64,000 nucleotides of DNA from an uncultured cyanobacterium (GCA_963793425.1 CAWCAG010000007.1:960001-1024000); one strand, 5' to 3'; positions 39,312-50,694 are shown, counted from the stretch's first letter. Numbers and translations are program-made. The notes: generated by a model from the letters alone, not told the origin.

Positions 39312-39815
39312 TTAATTAATGATAACCATCTTTTCACATCTTTCCTTTAAAGCCTGATTGTAATTAAGATAGCCTTGATAGCTAACACAATAAACCCCTC
39401 GCCAAGCTAAATAAGGAATAAGCAACCCAGAATTTTCATGTATTTGCATAAATCGAGTTTGTTGTTTGCTAATTGCTTCAAAGATAAATGAGTGGCAAAC
39501 AGCGAAAAGAAATTTTGCTCCAAAATGTCCTTGCCAAACAAAAGAATTAGGTCTATCAATGGTTAAAAGATCGGCATTAAGCCAATGTTGCCCAAACTGC
39601 TTGAGGTTTTCTAAAAAGCAAATTGTTTCTCCAACTTGGAACTTACCATGGATCTTAAGTACAAAGGGATTCCAATCTGAATAAGCTGCAAAGTCAGTGA
39701 CTTGTTCCCAGACAAGCTGCTGCGGGGCATTGATGACAATTTCCGTTTTCCATCCTTTCATTAAGGACATTCTTGGTGGGATGTCTGTACTCTTTGAAGT
39801 CTGAAGCATTGGCAT
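39312..39815 (-). CDS. SRPBCC/polyketide-cyclase-like protein
   Basis: TEIVINAPQQLVWEQVTDFAAYSDWNPF and NQALKERCE. Confidence 0.82.
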   Translation of the reverse strand: MPMLQTSKSTDIPPRMSLMKGWKTEIVINAPQQLVWEQVTDFAAYSDWNPFVLKIHGKFQVGETICFLENLKQFGQHWLNADLLTIDRPNSFVWQGHFGAKFLFAVCHSFIFEAISKQQTRFMQIHENSGLLIPYLAWRGVYCVSYQGYLNYNQALKERCEKMVIIN

Positions 39816-40093
39816 TGATAAAATCCTCTATTAATTACTAAAATAAAAAGTAATCGGGAAGAACTAGAGAAAAATCACCCAATAATTTTGTTTTTGAGAT
39901 GCAAGAATGATTGAAAAAGCAAATAAACTACACATCGAAGCGAACAATATGTGTTTTATAGCTAATTCTTGTAATTTTAAAATTGGACACAATCCTCAAA
40001 CAACAGCGGCATAAAAGCTGCTGGCAAAAATCGCTTTAAGTATCCAATTAGAGAACTCCAATAAATAAAATATCCTCACAAAGTAGAAGATTT

Positions 40094-40133
40094 TAGCAAC
40101 TAGCAACTAGCCATTAGCAACTAGCAACTAGCC
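40094..40133. repeat. STRR heptamer TAGCAAC array
   Basis: About six units. Related arrays lie near 12298, 22628, 38781, 51918 and 63265. Confidence 0.88.
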
Positions 40134-40191
40134 CACTTAATTTCATTTTAGATTTGCAAATAATTTGGGCTTAACCCCCAGAAAAATAAAA

Positions 40192-41598
40192 CTACTGCCA
40201 AGCTTGAAAAATCTCTTCAATTCTGGCGATCGCCTCCTTCGTAGCTTCTTCAATAGAAACCCCATCAACCAAAATACGCTTCAAGGCAACTCCCCAAACA
40301 TTTTCATTTACCAAAGCGCTATAAGCAGGATTGCGGGCAGAATTTAGCAAATGAGTTTTTCCTGTTAAGATCGTTTTTGCTGCCCCAGAGATATGAGGAT
40401 CTTGAGGATCTTGCCAAAAAGGATCTTGCCTCGCTGCTGCCATAACTGGAAGATAGCGCCCTCCGGAAGCCTGGAGATACTCTTCTATAGTTTCCGGTTG
40501 GATTAAATAACTTAGAAAGTCCTTTGCTAGTTTTTGATTTTTACCTTTAGCAAAAATAAACGCCTGTCGTACAGCAGTTATGTGGCTAATAGCCTTACCG
40601 TTAGGCTGAAGGGGAAACTCCAAAATACCGATTTTATTAACATAGGTTTCTCTATCTTGGCGCAAGGCAACAGGGATAGAAAGGGTAGGGTTAGGAGTCA
40701 TAACTACCACCCGATTTAAGAAGTTGCGGTTATTATCTGGATCTAACCATTGCAAGGCTTGGGGTGGTATGTAACCCTGTTGGTAAAACTGAACATACCA
40801 TTTTAAAATATTGGTAATACCTTGGCGTACTTCTGGTTGATTAACCAAAAGTTCCCCAGACTCGTTCATAATCTTGAGATCATAAGCTTCTAATATTTGT
40901 TCAAATAAATAATAAGTATCAGAAGCAGCAATGGATAGAGGTAAACCTAAACCAAAAACATCTTGGTATTTATCTCCTGGTAAACTACGTAGCTTGTCTT
41001 GTACTTGGAGCCAAAATGCCCAGAAATCATCCCAATCTTGGGGAATATCTTCAAGCTTAAACCCCGCTTCTGCTAACAAATCTTGCCAGTAAAAAATATG
41101 AATAGTCGCCTGATGCAAAGGGACAGTATAGTAGCTACGTTTATCCTCAACTTTGTTATATAAATAAGCTGCTTCTAAAGCTACAGGGGCATATAAATCC
41201 TTAACGGGTTCAATAACCTCAGAAACATCTCCTAATATACCTTCCCAAGCTAGCAAAGGATACTCGGCACGGCTAGAAAAAAGCACATCTGGGGGCTTCC
41301 CTGAATGATCGGCGCGATTGGCTTTTTGAGCAATTTCATCAGCATTGTAGAAAGAAACATCAGCTTTCTGCCCGCTTTTTTGCTCCCAACCTTTAATAAC
41401 TTGCTGTATAGCTTCATCTTCTTCTAGGACATAACCTTTATCCCACCAAATATTAAGTACAGTATTTTCAGGAGGAGATTCGACTACAGAGACAGAAGAC
41501 TCTTTTTGGCAAGCGAAAGTTATCAAGTTGAGGAAAAGAACAAAGTTAAAGATTAGTAAGAAGGTAACAACTCTTCTGAATCTTTTTGAGTTAATCAT
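40192..41598 (-). CDS. ABC-type extracellular solute-binding protein (family 1, sugar type)
   Basis: N-terminal anchor; IWWDKGY, PQDWDDFW and LAKDFLSYL. Confidence 0.85.
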   Translation of the reverse strand: MINSKRFRRVVTFLLIFNFVLFLNLITFACQKESSVSVVESPPENTVLNIWWDKGYVLEEDEAIQQVIKGWEQKSGQKADVSFYNADEIAQKANRADHSGKPPDVLFSSRAEYPLLAWEGILGDVSEVIEPVKDLYAPVALEAAYLYNKVEDKRSYYTVPLHQATIHIFYWQDLLAEAGFKLEDIPQDWDDFWAFWLQVQDKLRSLPGDKYQDVFGLGLPLSIAASDTYYLFEQILEAYDLKIMNESGELLVNQPEVRQGITNILKWYVQFYQQGYIPPQALQWLDPDNNRNFLNRVVVMTPNPTLSIPVALRQDRETYVNKIGILEFPLQPNGKAISHITAVRQAFIFAKGKNQKLAKDFLSYLIQPETIEEYLQASGGRYLPVMAAARQDPFWQDPQDPHISGAAKTILTGKTHLLNSARNPAYSALVNENVWGVALKRILVDGVSIEEATKEAIARIEEIFQAWQ

Positions 41599-41721
41599 GA
41601 TGCCCTGTTGTTTAGCTAATACTGGCGGACGTAACAGTTAATTACACGACAACAAAGCCATTGTACCTGTCTTTCTCCAACATTCTTGTTATCCTGAGAT
41701 TATAGTTTCCCGGCTTTAACC

Positions 41722-42915
41722 ATGACTGAACAGCCTGCACGTATATGTATTCTTGGGGGCGGATTTGGTGGCTTATATACCGCCTTGCGTCTGAGGGAAT
41801 TACCCTGGGAACAAACGAATAAACCCCAAATTACCCTCATTGATCGTAATGATCGCTTCTTATTTTCTCCCCTTTTGTACGAACTGCTTACAGAAGAATT
41901 GCAAACTTGGGAAATTGCTCCTCCTTTTACAGAAATTTTGGCCGATACTGGTATCAGCTTTTGTCAAGGTAATGTGGTTGGCATTGATACTGAAGCCCAG
42001 CAGGTAAGTTTGGAGAGTGGCTTCCAACTACCCTACGATAAGCTGGTAGTTGCCTTGGGGGGTAAAACTCCTTTGGATATAGTTCCTGGCGCAGCAGATT
42101 ATGCCATTCCTTTCCGTAGTTTGAGTCATGCCCGTTGCTTACAAGAAAAGTTGCGGACTTTAGAAAATTCTGACGCAGAGAAGATTCGCATTGCGATTGT
42201 GGGGGGAGGTTATAGCGGTGTGGAATTGGCTTGTAAACTAGCAGATAGGCTCAAAGAAAGGGGTAGGTTGCGTATTGTTGATATTGGCGGAGATATTCTC
42301 AACAACTCAACTAAGTTCAATCGCCAAGCCGCCAAAGAAGCATTGCAAAAACGCGGCGTTTGGTTAGACTTAGAAACTAAGGTAGAATCCGTCACCTCAG
42401 AAACAATTGCTCTAGATTATAAGGGACAAGTTGATACCATCCCCGTAGATGTGGTTCTCTGGACTGTGGGGACGCGAGTTTCGGGATTTATTAAGGATTT
42501 ACCTTTCAAGAAAAATCAACAGGGCTTACTGGAAGTACATCCAACCTTACAAATTTGCGATCGCCCTGATATTTTTGCTTTAGGAGATGTCATTGCTTGT
42601 CGAGATGCCGAAGGGCAAGAAGTTCCCTCAACAGCCCAAGCTGCTTTTCAACAATCAGATTATTGTGCCTGGAATATTTGGGCTTCGTTGACACAACGTC
42701 CTTTACTTCCTTTCCGTTACAAAAACTTAGGAGAAATGTTGGCATTGGGTAAAGATGAAGCGACTCTGACAGGTTTAGGAGTCGAGTTAGCCGGAACTCC
42801 TGCTTATATAGCCAGACGTTTAATGTATCTTTATCGCCTCCCCACTTCTAAACATCAACTTTCCGTTGGTTTGAAATGGATCACTCAACCACTGCTGGAA
42901 TTATTTTCTCAATAA
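41722..42915 (+). CDS. ndbB: Type-2 NAD(P)H dehydrogenase, NdbB-like (demethylphylloquinone reductase)
   Basis: RICILGGGFGGLYTALRL, TWEIAPPF, GGGYSGVELA and TAQAAFQQ. Confidence 0.8.
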   Translation: MTEQPARICILGGGFGGLYTALRLRELPWEQTNKPQITLIDRNDRFLFSPLLYELLTEELQTWEIAPPFTEILADTGISFCQGNVVGIDTEAQQVSLESGFQLPYDKLVVALGGKTPLDIVPGAADYAIPFRSLSHARCLQEKLRTLENSDAEKIRIAIVGGGYSGVELACKLADRLKERGRLRIVDIGGDILNNSTKFNRQAAKEALQKRGVWLDLETKVESVTSETIALDYKGQVDTIPVDVVLWTVGTRVSGFIKDLPFKKNQQGLLEVHPTLQICDRPDIFALGDVIACRDAEGQEVPSTAQAAFQQSDYCAWNIWASLTQRPLLPFRYKNLGEMLALGKDEATLTGLGVELAGTPAYIARRLMYLYRLPTSKHQLSVGLKWITQPLLELFSQ

Positions 42916-42960
42916 ATTGATCATCAACTCTTTCCTTTCCTAGCCTAACGGTAATTGGAA

Positions 42961-42987
42961 CCCTACTCCCTACTCCCTACTCCCTAC
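42961..42987. repeat. STRR heptamer CCCTACT x4
   Basis: Directly visible. Confidence 0.9.
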
Positions 42988-43031
42988 CCCAACAGATAAG
43001 TCATGCCACTCAACACCAATTTGGTACGAAT

Positions 43032-43670
43032 ATGGAACCCAAAGTAATTTTCTTAGATGCTGTTGGTACTTTGTTTGGGGTACAAGGGAGTGTGGGAGAA
43101 ATATATCGGCAGATCGCCCTTGACTTTGGGGTAGATGCCCCGGCTGAAGCTTTGAATAAAGCCTTTTTCCAAAGTTTCAAAGCTTCTCAATCTTTAGAAT
43201 TTCCTGAAGCTAAGGCCCCAGAAATTTTTGAATTAGAATTCCAATGGTGGCAGGCGATCGCCCAAGAAACTTTTACAATTGTGGGAGTTGCAGAACAGTT
43301 CGGTAACTTCACAGCTTTTTTTGCGGATCTCTATGCCCACTTTGCCACGGCTGAACCTTGGTATGTTTATCCTGATGTTCTCCCTGCCCTCAAACAATGG
43401 CAGCAAAAAGAGATTACTTTGGGAATTATTTCTAATTTTGATTCTCGCCTCTACGGGGTTTTAAAAGCTTTAGATTTGCATGATTTTTTCACTAGTATTA
43501 CTATTTCTTCTCAAGCTAGAGCAGCAAAGCCAAGAAGCGAGATTTTTCAGGCTGCTTTGGCACAACATAATTGTCAAGCAACCGAAGTACTGCACATTGG
43601 TGATAGCTTAAAGGAAGATTATTATGGGGCTAAGGCGGCTGGGATAAGACCATTTTTGCTAAGGCGTTAG
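43032..43670 (+). CDS. HAD-IA family hydrolase
   Basis: FLDAVGTL, ISNFD, KP and HIGDSLKED. Confidence 0.92.
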   Translation: MEPKVIFLDAVGTLFGVQGSVGEIYRQIALDFGVDAPAEALNKAFFQSFKASQSLEFPEAKAPEIFELEFQWWQAIAQETFTIVGVAEQFGNFTAFFADLYAHFATAEPWYVYPDVLPALKQWQQKEITLGIISNFDSRLYGVLKALDLHDFFTSITISSQARAAKPRSEIFQAALAQHNCQATEVLHIGDSLKEDYYGAKAAGIRPFLLRR

Positions 43671-44115
43671 GAAGAAAAGCAATAAGCAAAACTTTTCTGT
43701 CTTGTGGTTAAGGTTTAAATAATTTAAACTTCAACAGTTTTTGAGGGGCTTTATGAAGTTATGTTGAGAACGGTTTAATAAGGGTTTGCAAGGGCTTTTT
43801 TTTGTAATAGAATTAATCAAGATTTATAAATAATGATAAGCTTGTCCTTTTTATGCTCAAAATCATCTTTAACTGAGTAAAACCAACGTGAAATAGGGAT
43901 TTTCCTTAAATTGAACAGCTTAGAGAAAGAGATTGTGGCATAATACAAACTATATTACAATCACTTGTCTTTGGGACTAAATTTAATTACCTATTGACAA
44001 AATGTAGCTTTTAAGATTTGCAAAATTTTATCCAAAAGCAAGACGCTAGTTGCTAAAACCTCAGACTTGGTAAGGATATTTCATTAATTGGATGGAGTAC
44101 TCTTAGCGATCGCCA

Positions 44116-45876
44116 CTATTCGCTCAAAACCGGTATTTTATAAAGGGGAACAGTGAAAGTTACTGTAGAACCTAAACCTTCCCCCATACTATAGAAATTA
44201 ACTACTCCTCCCATCGCTTCAATCAGCTTTTGAGAAATAGCTAAACCTAAACCTGTCCCCCCGTAGGTACGGGTACGAGAACCATCTACCTGACTAAAAG
44301 ATTGGAAAAGACGTTCTTGCTTATCTAAAGCAACCCCAATTCCTGTATCTGCGACCCTAACCATAACTAGCCCAGGAAGTTCTTCACTATTCACCACCAT
44401 TTTCTTCTTCACAACCTCGGCGCTAATAGTTACCCCGCCTTCCTGGGTAAACTTAATAGCATTACCGACTAAATTAAGCAAAACTTGCTTCAATCGTTGA
44501 TAATTCCCATAGAGAATAATACCGTCAGGATCACGGGTTGCCGGAATTTTGTTCGTGTAACTAAGGTTTTTATGGTGTGCCTGGGAACTGGTAAAACTAT
44601 CTACATCGTGAATTAACTCATTGAGGGGAACTGTGGTTAATTCCAACTCCATCTTGCCTGCTTCAATTTTGGCAATATCGAGAACATCATTAATTAAATT
44701 AAGTAAATGTAGGGCTGATTTGTGTGCCTCGTCAATAAATTCTTCTTGTTCTTCTGGGGTGTCTGCCATCCCTTCAATGATTAGTTTCAGAAAACCAATG
44801 ATGCCATTCAAGGGAGTACGTAATTCATGGGAGGTGTTAGCCAGAAATTCGCTTTTAAGGCGAGAAGCTTCTTCAGCTTGGTTACGGGCTTCTTCTAATT
44901 CTCCATATAGGGTAGCGTGGGCAATGGCTGTACCTACCTGATCTGCCAACTCCTGGACTAATTCAATTTCGGCATTATGCCATTGGCGGTGGCGATCACA
45001 TTGTTGTAAGTAAATAATCCCGTTGGGTTGATTGCGATAGCTTGTGGTAGCAACTAAAATTGATTTTGCTCCCGCTGCACAGCTATTAATTTTAGTGGTT
45101 GGGTCAAGGCTATCCATAGCCAAGGGAATTTCACTACTCAGGGCTTGTTGAATATAAGGTTCTGCTTTTAATGTAGTCTCTAAACTCAATAAAGATTGGA
45201 TTTGCCCTTGTAGGTATTCCGCTTCGACTTTAAGTTTATTTTTGTTTTTGTCTCGACTAACTTCTTGGTAAGACAGTATTAAACAACGACTAACATTTAA
45301 GGCTTCTCCTAACTCGCTCACCGTCTTCTGCCAAATCACTTTAAGTTTAAGGGTACGACGTATGTTACGAGCAATTTCTTTTAACAGTTCTTGATAAGGA
45401 TCAGGAGCTATCAATAGCCCTGATTGAGCCAATTCAGGAGAACTATTTTCCGGCAATAAATGCCCTGTCACCAAAACTAATTCGTTTTCCCCAGAAGCAG
45501 TTAAGACTGGACTTATGACTAGTTGCCAAGGAAACAATCTGTCACGGTATTTAAAAAAGCAAGAACATTTTTCAGGAATACCTTTTTCTAAAACCTGCTG
45601 GATTAATTTTTGGTAAGCTTTTTCATTGACAGGACAGATTGTTTCTTGTAAAGAGCTACCCACTATTTCTTCACAGTCAATACCATATTCTTGAGCTGCT
45701 TGCCAATAAAATGATAAATATTGACCAGATTTGTTTTGTGCGAAAACAAGTTCCGCTCCCAAGGTATTCCAAAGAACTGAGTTTTGATTAGAAAGAACCG
45801 ATTCCATATCATTAGACTCTAATTGAGGTAAGGGGAAATCATTGGGAGCAACCATGATTCTCAAATTTATTGCCAA
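44116..45876 (-). CDS. PAS-like/GAF sensor histidine kinase
   Basis: GAF (LQQCDRHRQW), SHELRTPL, NAIKFT, DTGIG and GTGLGL. Confidence 0.93.
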   Translation of the reverse strand: MAINLRIMVAPNDFPLPQLESNDMESVLSNQNSVLWNTLGAELVFAQNKSGQYLSFYWQAAQEYGIDCEEIVGSSLQETICPVNEKAYQKLIQQVLEKGIPEKCSCFFKYRDRLFPWQLVISPVLTASGENELVLVTGHLLPENSSPELAQSGLLIAPDPYQELLKEIARNIRRTLKLKVIWQKTVSELGEALNVSRCLILSYQEVSRDKNKNKLKVEAEYLQGQIQSLLSLETTLKAEPYIQQALSSEIPLAMDSLDPTTKINSCAAGAKSILVATTSYRNQPNGIIYLQQCDRHRQWHNAEIELVQELADQVGTAIAHATLYGELEEARNQAEEASRLKSEFLANTSHELRTPLNGIIGFLKLIIEGMADTPEEQEEFIDEAHKSALHLLNLINDVLDIAKIEAGKMELELTTVPLNELIHDVDSFTSSQAHHKNLSYTNKIPATRDPDGIILYGNYQRLKQVLLNLVGNAIKFTQEGGVTISAEVVKKKMVVNSEELPGLVMVRVADTGIGVALDKQERLFQSFSQVDGSRTRTYGGTGLGLAISQKLIEAMGGVVNFYSMGEGLGSTVTFTVPLYKIPVLSE

Positions 45877-45935
45877 AATATTAAGATTAAATTTATAACT
45901 TAAACTTTGACGGTTTGTCAGGGAATAGTCAAAAT

Positions 45936-46169
45936 TTAATCATTCCATTCTCCTCGTGGGGGAACTGGAGGATTGCGGGTAAGGTTCCGGGCTAAGTCTT
46001 CATCTAGTTGCCTTTCTCCTCGAAGCCACTGCTTGATAGCAGTTTCAATTATACGGCTAGGATTATTGGTAAGATGCTGAATCTGTTCAAGCAGTTCCGA
46101 ATCAAGATGTATTGATATTTCTACTTTTTCAGTAGAGCGCCCAGAAGAAACTAATTTATTATCGTTCAT
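45936..46169 (-). CDS. Small ribbon-helix-helix-like protein
   Basis: KVEISIHLDSELLEQI...IETAIKQWL. ATG 46169 is preferred. Confidence 0.65.
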   Translation of the reverse strand: MNDNKLVSSGRSTEKVEISIHLDSELLEQIQHLTNNPSRIIETAIKQWLRGERQLDEDLARNLTRNPPVPPRGEWND

Positions 46170-46502
46170 AGTGCTGGATAATTTATTGGTATTTATGATT
46201 TTACGACCTAATTTTGGGGAAAACCACAAAATTAGGTTGGTTTTCTGTAGCTTATTTTTTATTTCGAAACTAAAGAGAAAATCTTATAATTGGTAATATC
46301 ACTTATGATTGCAGCTTAAATTTCGGGCTTGAATAGTTTAAGTAATGGTTTTGCGTTATACATTTAATCATTAATGCTTAAAATACATATCAAGAAACAA
46401 AGAGATAAGAGAAATTTCTTGTAAACAAATCAAGACCTACTGACGAAATCAACATTAAAATAAGTTAAGGTTCATAGATTTTCTTTCGCTGCTCAGATAA
46501 AT

Positions 46503-48311
46503 ATGACTGATGTTCCCGTTTCTCGCATTCGCAATTTCTCCATTATTGCTCATATAGATCATGGCAAGTCCACTTTAGCTGATCGCTTACTCCAAGTCAC
46601 TGAAACAGTTCAAAAAAGACAGATGAAAGAACAGTTTCTTGACAACATGGATCTAGAGCGAGAAAGGGGCATCACCATCAAACTACAAGCTGCTCGCATG
46701 AATTACAGAGCAGAAGATGGGGAAAATTATGTCCTCAATCTCATTGATACTCCTGGTCATGTAGACTTTTCTTATGAAGTTTCTCGTTCGTTGGTAGCTT
46801 GTGAAGGGGCTTTGTTGGTAGTAGATGCTTCTCAAGGTGTAGAAGCCCAAACCTTGGCTAATGTTTATTTAGCCTTAGAACACGACCTAGAGATTATTCC
46901 TGTTTTAAACAAAATTGATCTTCCTGGTGCAGAACCCGAAAGAATCATCCAAGAAATAGAGGAAGTGATTGGTTTAGATTGTAGCAACGCTATCTTAGCA
47001 TCGGCAAAGCAAGGATTAGGTATTAAAGAAATCCTAGAATCTATTGTTCGCCTTGTTCCTTCGCCCCAAGATAACATAGAAAAACCTTTGCGGGCGCTGA
47101 TTTTTGATAGTTATTATGATCCCTATCGTGGTGTGATTGTTTATTTTCGTGTTGTTGATGGCAAAGTCAAAAAAGGGGATCGCGTTTTATTGATGGCTTC
47201 GGGTAAGGAGTATGAAATTGATGAGTTAGGAGTGCTTTCACCCAGCCAAATTCAGGTAGAGGAACTCCACGCCGGGGAAGTTGGTTATTTTGCTGCCGCC
47301 ATTAAAACCGTAGAAGATGCGCGGGTGGGGGATACCATAACTTTAGTCCATAACCCGGCACAAGAGGCATTGCCAGGTTATACAGAGGCTAAACCCATGG
47401 TATTCTGCGGACTTTTCCCCACTGAATCTGATCAGTATAAAGATTTGCGAGAAGCTTTAGATAAGCTTAAACTCAACGATGCGGCCCTTTCCTTTGAACC
47501 AGAAACGTCTACTGCTATGGGTTTCGGTTTCCGTTGCGGCTTTTTGGGTTTGCTACATATGGAAATTGTCCAAGAACGTCTAGAAAGGGAATACAATCTT
47601 GATCTGATTACCACTGCCCCTTCGGTAATTTATCGCATCACCAACACCGATGGGGAAGTATTTGAGGTAGATAATCCCAGTCAGCTACCCGATCCTCAAA
47701 AACGAGAGAAAATCGAAGAGCCTTATATCCTGGTGGAAATGATTACCCCAGAGGAATATGTAGGGGCGTTGATGGAACTCTGTCAAGGGCGTAGGGGGGG
47801 TTATAAAGATATGAAATATTTTGCCCAAGGACGTACAACCCTAGTTTATGAACTTCCTTTAGCTGAAGTGGTGACAGACTTTTTTGATCAGCTTAAATCT
47901 CGCTCTCGTGGTTATGCGAGTATGGAATATCGCTTTCTAGATTATCGGGATAATCCTTTAGTGAAATTAGATATTCTCGTTAATGGCGATCGCGTAGATT
48001 CTTTAGCTACCATAGTCCACCGAGACAAAGCTTACTTTCTAGGGCGTTCCTTAACTGAAAAACTAAAAGAATTAATTCCTCGCCACCAATTTAAAATTCC
48101 TCTCCAAGCTGCTATTGGTGGGAAAATTATTGCGAGTGAACATATTCCGGCTTTGCGTAAGGATGTTTTAGCTAAATGCTATGGCGGCGATATTTCCCGT
48201 AAGAAGAAGTTATTACAAAAGCAAGCTAAAGGGAAAAAACGTATGAAGTCTATTGGTACTGTTGATGTTCCTCAAGAGGCTTTTATGGCTGTTTTGAAGT
48301 TGGATAATTAG
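46503..48311 (+). CDS. lepA: Translation elongation factor 4
   Basis: [20 protein letters not shown] and [14 protein letters not shown]. Confidence 0.98.
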   Translation: MTDVPVSRIRNFSIIAHIDHGKSTLADRLLQVTETVQKRQMKEQFLDNMDLERERGITIKLQAARMNYRAEDGENYVLNLIDTPGHVDFSYEVSRSLVACEGALLVVDASQGVEAQTLANVYLALEHDLEIIPVLNKIDLPGAEPERIIQEIEEVIGLDCSNAILASAKQGLGIKEILESIVRLVPSPQDNIEKPLRALIFDSYYDPYRGVIVYFRVVDGKVKKGDRVLLMASGKEYEIDELGVLSPSQIQVEELHAGEVGYFAAAIKTVEDARVGDTITLVHNPAQEALPGYTEAKPMVFCGLFPTESDQYKDLREALDKLKLNDAALSFEPETSTAMGFGFRCGFLGLLHMEIVQERLEREYNLDLITTAPSVIYRITNTDGEVFEVDNPSQLPDPQKREKIEEPYILVEMITPEEYVGALMELCQGRRGGYKDMKYFAQGRTTLVYELPLAEVVTDFFDQLKSRSRGYASMEYRFLDYRDNPLVKLDILVNGDRVDSLATIVHRDKAYFLGRSLTEKLKELIPRHQFKIPLQAAIGGKIIASEHIPALRKDVLAKCYGGDISRKKKLLQKQAKGKKRMKSIGTVDVPQEAFMAVLKLDN

Positions 48312-48325
48312 TAAAGAACTATCAG

Positions 48326-48833
48326 ATGAATATTGATGATATCAAGAGTCTCTACTACATTACCCATATAAAAAACTTACCGTCTATACTTGAAGATGGC
48401 ATTTTATCCCACGGAAAAGTTGATGAGTTAAATGTTTCTTACCGCAACCAAGCCTTATCTCTACAAAAGGGAAGCATCTTTAGATGAAGAATTAGCAGAT
48501 TTAACTCTGCCTTTAAAAACTCCCAACGCCGTGAAATGGTTTCTGCTATTTGCTACTAAAAGGAAGTGGCGAGAAAACTCTCGTCGAGATGATATTGAAG
48601 CTGGTTTGAATTGGATTAGAAGTAGTTATCAAGAAGTAGGAATAAAATCTTTAGCGATGCCTGCTTTAGGTTGCGGTTTCGGCAACTTAAACTGGGCTGA
48701 TATCGGCCCATTGATGTGTCGTTACTTACACAATATTGAGATTCCCGTTGCTATTTATCTCCCCCAAGAACAGAAAATTGCTTTTGAATACCAAACAGAA
48801 AACTATTTGTTACAACGAAATCAGGTTTCCTAG
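48326..48833 (+). pseudogene. Internally deleted DarT (DUF4433)-macrodomain (DarG-like) gene
   Basis: ATG 48326 gives MNIDDIKSLYYITHIKNLPSILEDGILSH (DarT N-terminus). After ~48440 another frame gives a macrodomain C-terminal half (LLFATKRKWRENS, SLAMPALGCGFGNLNW). Confidence 0.8.
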
Positions 48834-48988
48834 GTAAGCCTCATAAGGAAACTTGACTTCTCTGACCTGAGAAAATGTTTGACCATTCAAAGGAGGAGTA
48901 TTGTGATTAAAGAGATCCATGGTGGGAAAAAAAGAAGATGAACCATATAATATTTGCCTGATCCAAAATATGCACTTATAATCTGAAA

Positions 48989-49008
48989 TATAACGAGCGT
49001 TTGATATA
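48989..49008. promoter_or_regulatory. Putative TetR operator
   Basis: TATAACGAGCGTTTGATATA, between a TATAAT (48977-48982) and the TetR ATG. Confidence 0.6.
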
Positions 49009-49010
49009 AA

Positions 49011-49580
49011 ATGCCTAAAACAGTTGATGTCCAGCAATATCGTCAAGAACTTCTCAGTAAGTGCTTCGATCTATTTGCTGAAAAAGGCTATGCCAATGTA
49101 ACTACGAGGCAAATTGCTAAAGAATTGGGAGTATCAACTGGTACTTTATATCATTACTTTCCCAATAAACAGGTACTGTTTGAACAGCTAGTAGAACAAG
49201 TTTGCTTGCAAGATGTGGAGGTTATCAAAAAGGTTGATAAAAACCAAACTAGATCCCAGAGGATAACAGCTTTAGGTCAAATATTAATTGAAAACCAAGA
49301 ATACGCTATTAAGCAAGCAGCAATCTGGACTAATTTCCGTCAACATTCTTCGGCAAGAGATCTGGACGATAGTTTGTTATGCCAACAGATTGATTCTCGT
49401 TATGAACAGGCTGTATCAGAATTACTCGATCTTAACAATCCTCAAATAGCTAAGTTTATTTGGACTCTAGTTGATGGCATATCAATTAATCAAATCGGTA
49501 ATTCAGATTCTTTTGTGGTTCAGGTTGAATTGCTAATTCAGATGTTGATTGCTTATTTTGAAAAACATACTTCAGCCTAA
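49011..49580 (+). CDS. TetR/AcrR family regulator
   Basis: VTTRQIAKELGVSTGTLYHYFPNK. Confidence 0.93.
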   Translation: MPKTVDVQQYRQELLSKCFDLFAEKGYANVTTRQIAKELGVSTGTLYHYFPNKQVLFEQLVEQVCLQDVEVIKKVDKNQTRSQRITALGQILIENQEYAIKQAAIWTNFRQHSSARDLDDSLLCQQIDSRYEQAVSELLDLNNPQIAKFIWTLVDGISINQIGNSDSFVVQVELLIQMLIAYFEKHTSA

Positions 49581-49612
49581 CAAAGAAGTAATAAATATTT
49601 TTTTGTCTTTTT

Positions 49613-49632
49613 TATAACGAGCGCTCGGTCAA
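49613..49632. promoter_or_regulatory. Putative TetR operator (second copy)
   Basis: TATAACGAGCGCTCGGTCAA, with perfect palindromic core CGAGCGCTCG. Confidence 0.6.
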
Positions 49633-49650
49633 AATTCACCAAAGGAGAAC

Positions 49651-50472
49651 ATGATGCTAGATATTACTGAATTAGGAAAATCAATTGAGGAGATAGGTTT
49701 CGCCATCTTAATTGTCTTGGCAGTAGTCGAAATAGTAGTTGATATTCTTAATCATAATCAACGTAACTATCAAGATACAGTTGCTAATATTGCGATCGCC
49801 GTTGTATATATATTTGCTAGTACAGCCGCAGTCTATTTTATTGCCCTTAAGGGTTTGCAGTTTTTTAGTCAGTTCAGTTTGATGAACATGGAAACAAACA
49901 TTTGGACATTGATTTTAGCTGTTGCGATCGCCGATTTCATTTATTATTGGGAACATCGAGTCGAACATCGAATTCGCTTTTTTTGGGCATACCACAGCGT
50001 TCATCATAGTTCGATGGATTACAACTATACAGTAGCATCAAGACTATCTTGGGTTGAGACGTGCTTCCTCTGGATTTTCTATATTCCCATGGCATTATTA
50101 GGCTTCGAGCCGATGCTCATAATTATTGCTATTCAGATTACTGCTGCATATCAAATCTGGATTCATACGCAAAAAATTGGTCACTTAGGAATTCTAGAAA
50201 AAACCCTTAATACTCCTGCCTTACACCGTGTACATCATGCTTCTAATCCTTTATACATAGATAAAAACTTTGGAGGAATATTGATGATTTGGGATCGTTT
50301 GTTTGACACATATCAACCAGAAACTGAAAAGCCAATCTACGGACTTACAAAAAACATTAATACCAACAATCCAATCAAGATTAACGTAATTGAGTATCAG
50401 CGTATTGGTAGCTACCTCGTCAAATTAAAAAGTTTAAAAGATATTTGGAGCAGCATTTGTGGCTCTCCTTAA
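49651..50472 (+). CDS. Sterol desaturase/fatty-acid hydroxylase family protein
   Basis: His boxes HRVEH, HSVHHS and HRVHH; NFGGILMIWDRLF. Confidence 0.9.
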   Translation: MMLDITELGKSIEEIGFAILIVLAVVEIVVDILNHNQRNYQDTVANIAIAVVYIFASTAAVYFIALKGLQFFSQFSLMNMETNIWTLILAVAIADFIYYWEHRVEHRIRFFWAYHSVHHSSMDYNYTVASRLSWVETCFLWIFYIPMALLGFEPMLIIIAIQITAAYQIWIHTQKIGHLGILEKTLNTPALHRVHHASNPLYIDKNFGGILMIWDRLFDTYQPETEKPIYGLTKNINTNNPIKINVIEYQRIGSYLVKLKSLKDIWSSICGSP

Positions 50473-50514
50473 ACTCTAGCTTCCATATACTCCGTTTAAA
50501 TGCTATTTGTAACC

Positions 50515-50694
50515 TTACTTTACGAGCAGAATTAGTAGTATTAAGCGCTTGGGAAACTGGCTTGTAATTTCATCAATTGTACTCGCATTGTTGCTTGAAA
50601 CAGCTAATGACTTGTCTATGGCAGTATTTCCAACAAATACCCCGATAAAAAAGGAAGTGCCAAAAGCAAGCACTGAAGTTAGTTTTATTTTCAT
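50515..50694 (-). pseudogene. Short or truncated exported-protein gene
   Basis: Signal-like MKIKLTSVLAFGTSFFIGVFVG followed by only ~35 residues. Confidence 0.35.
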
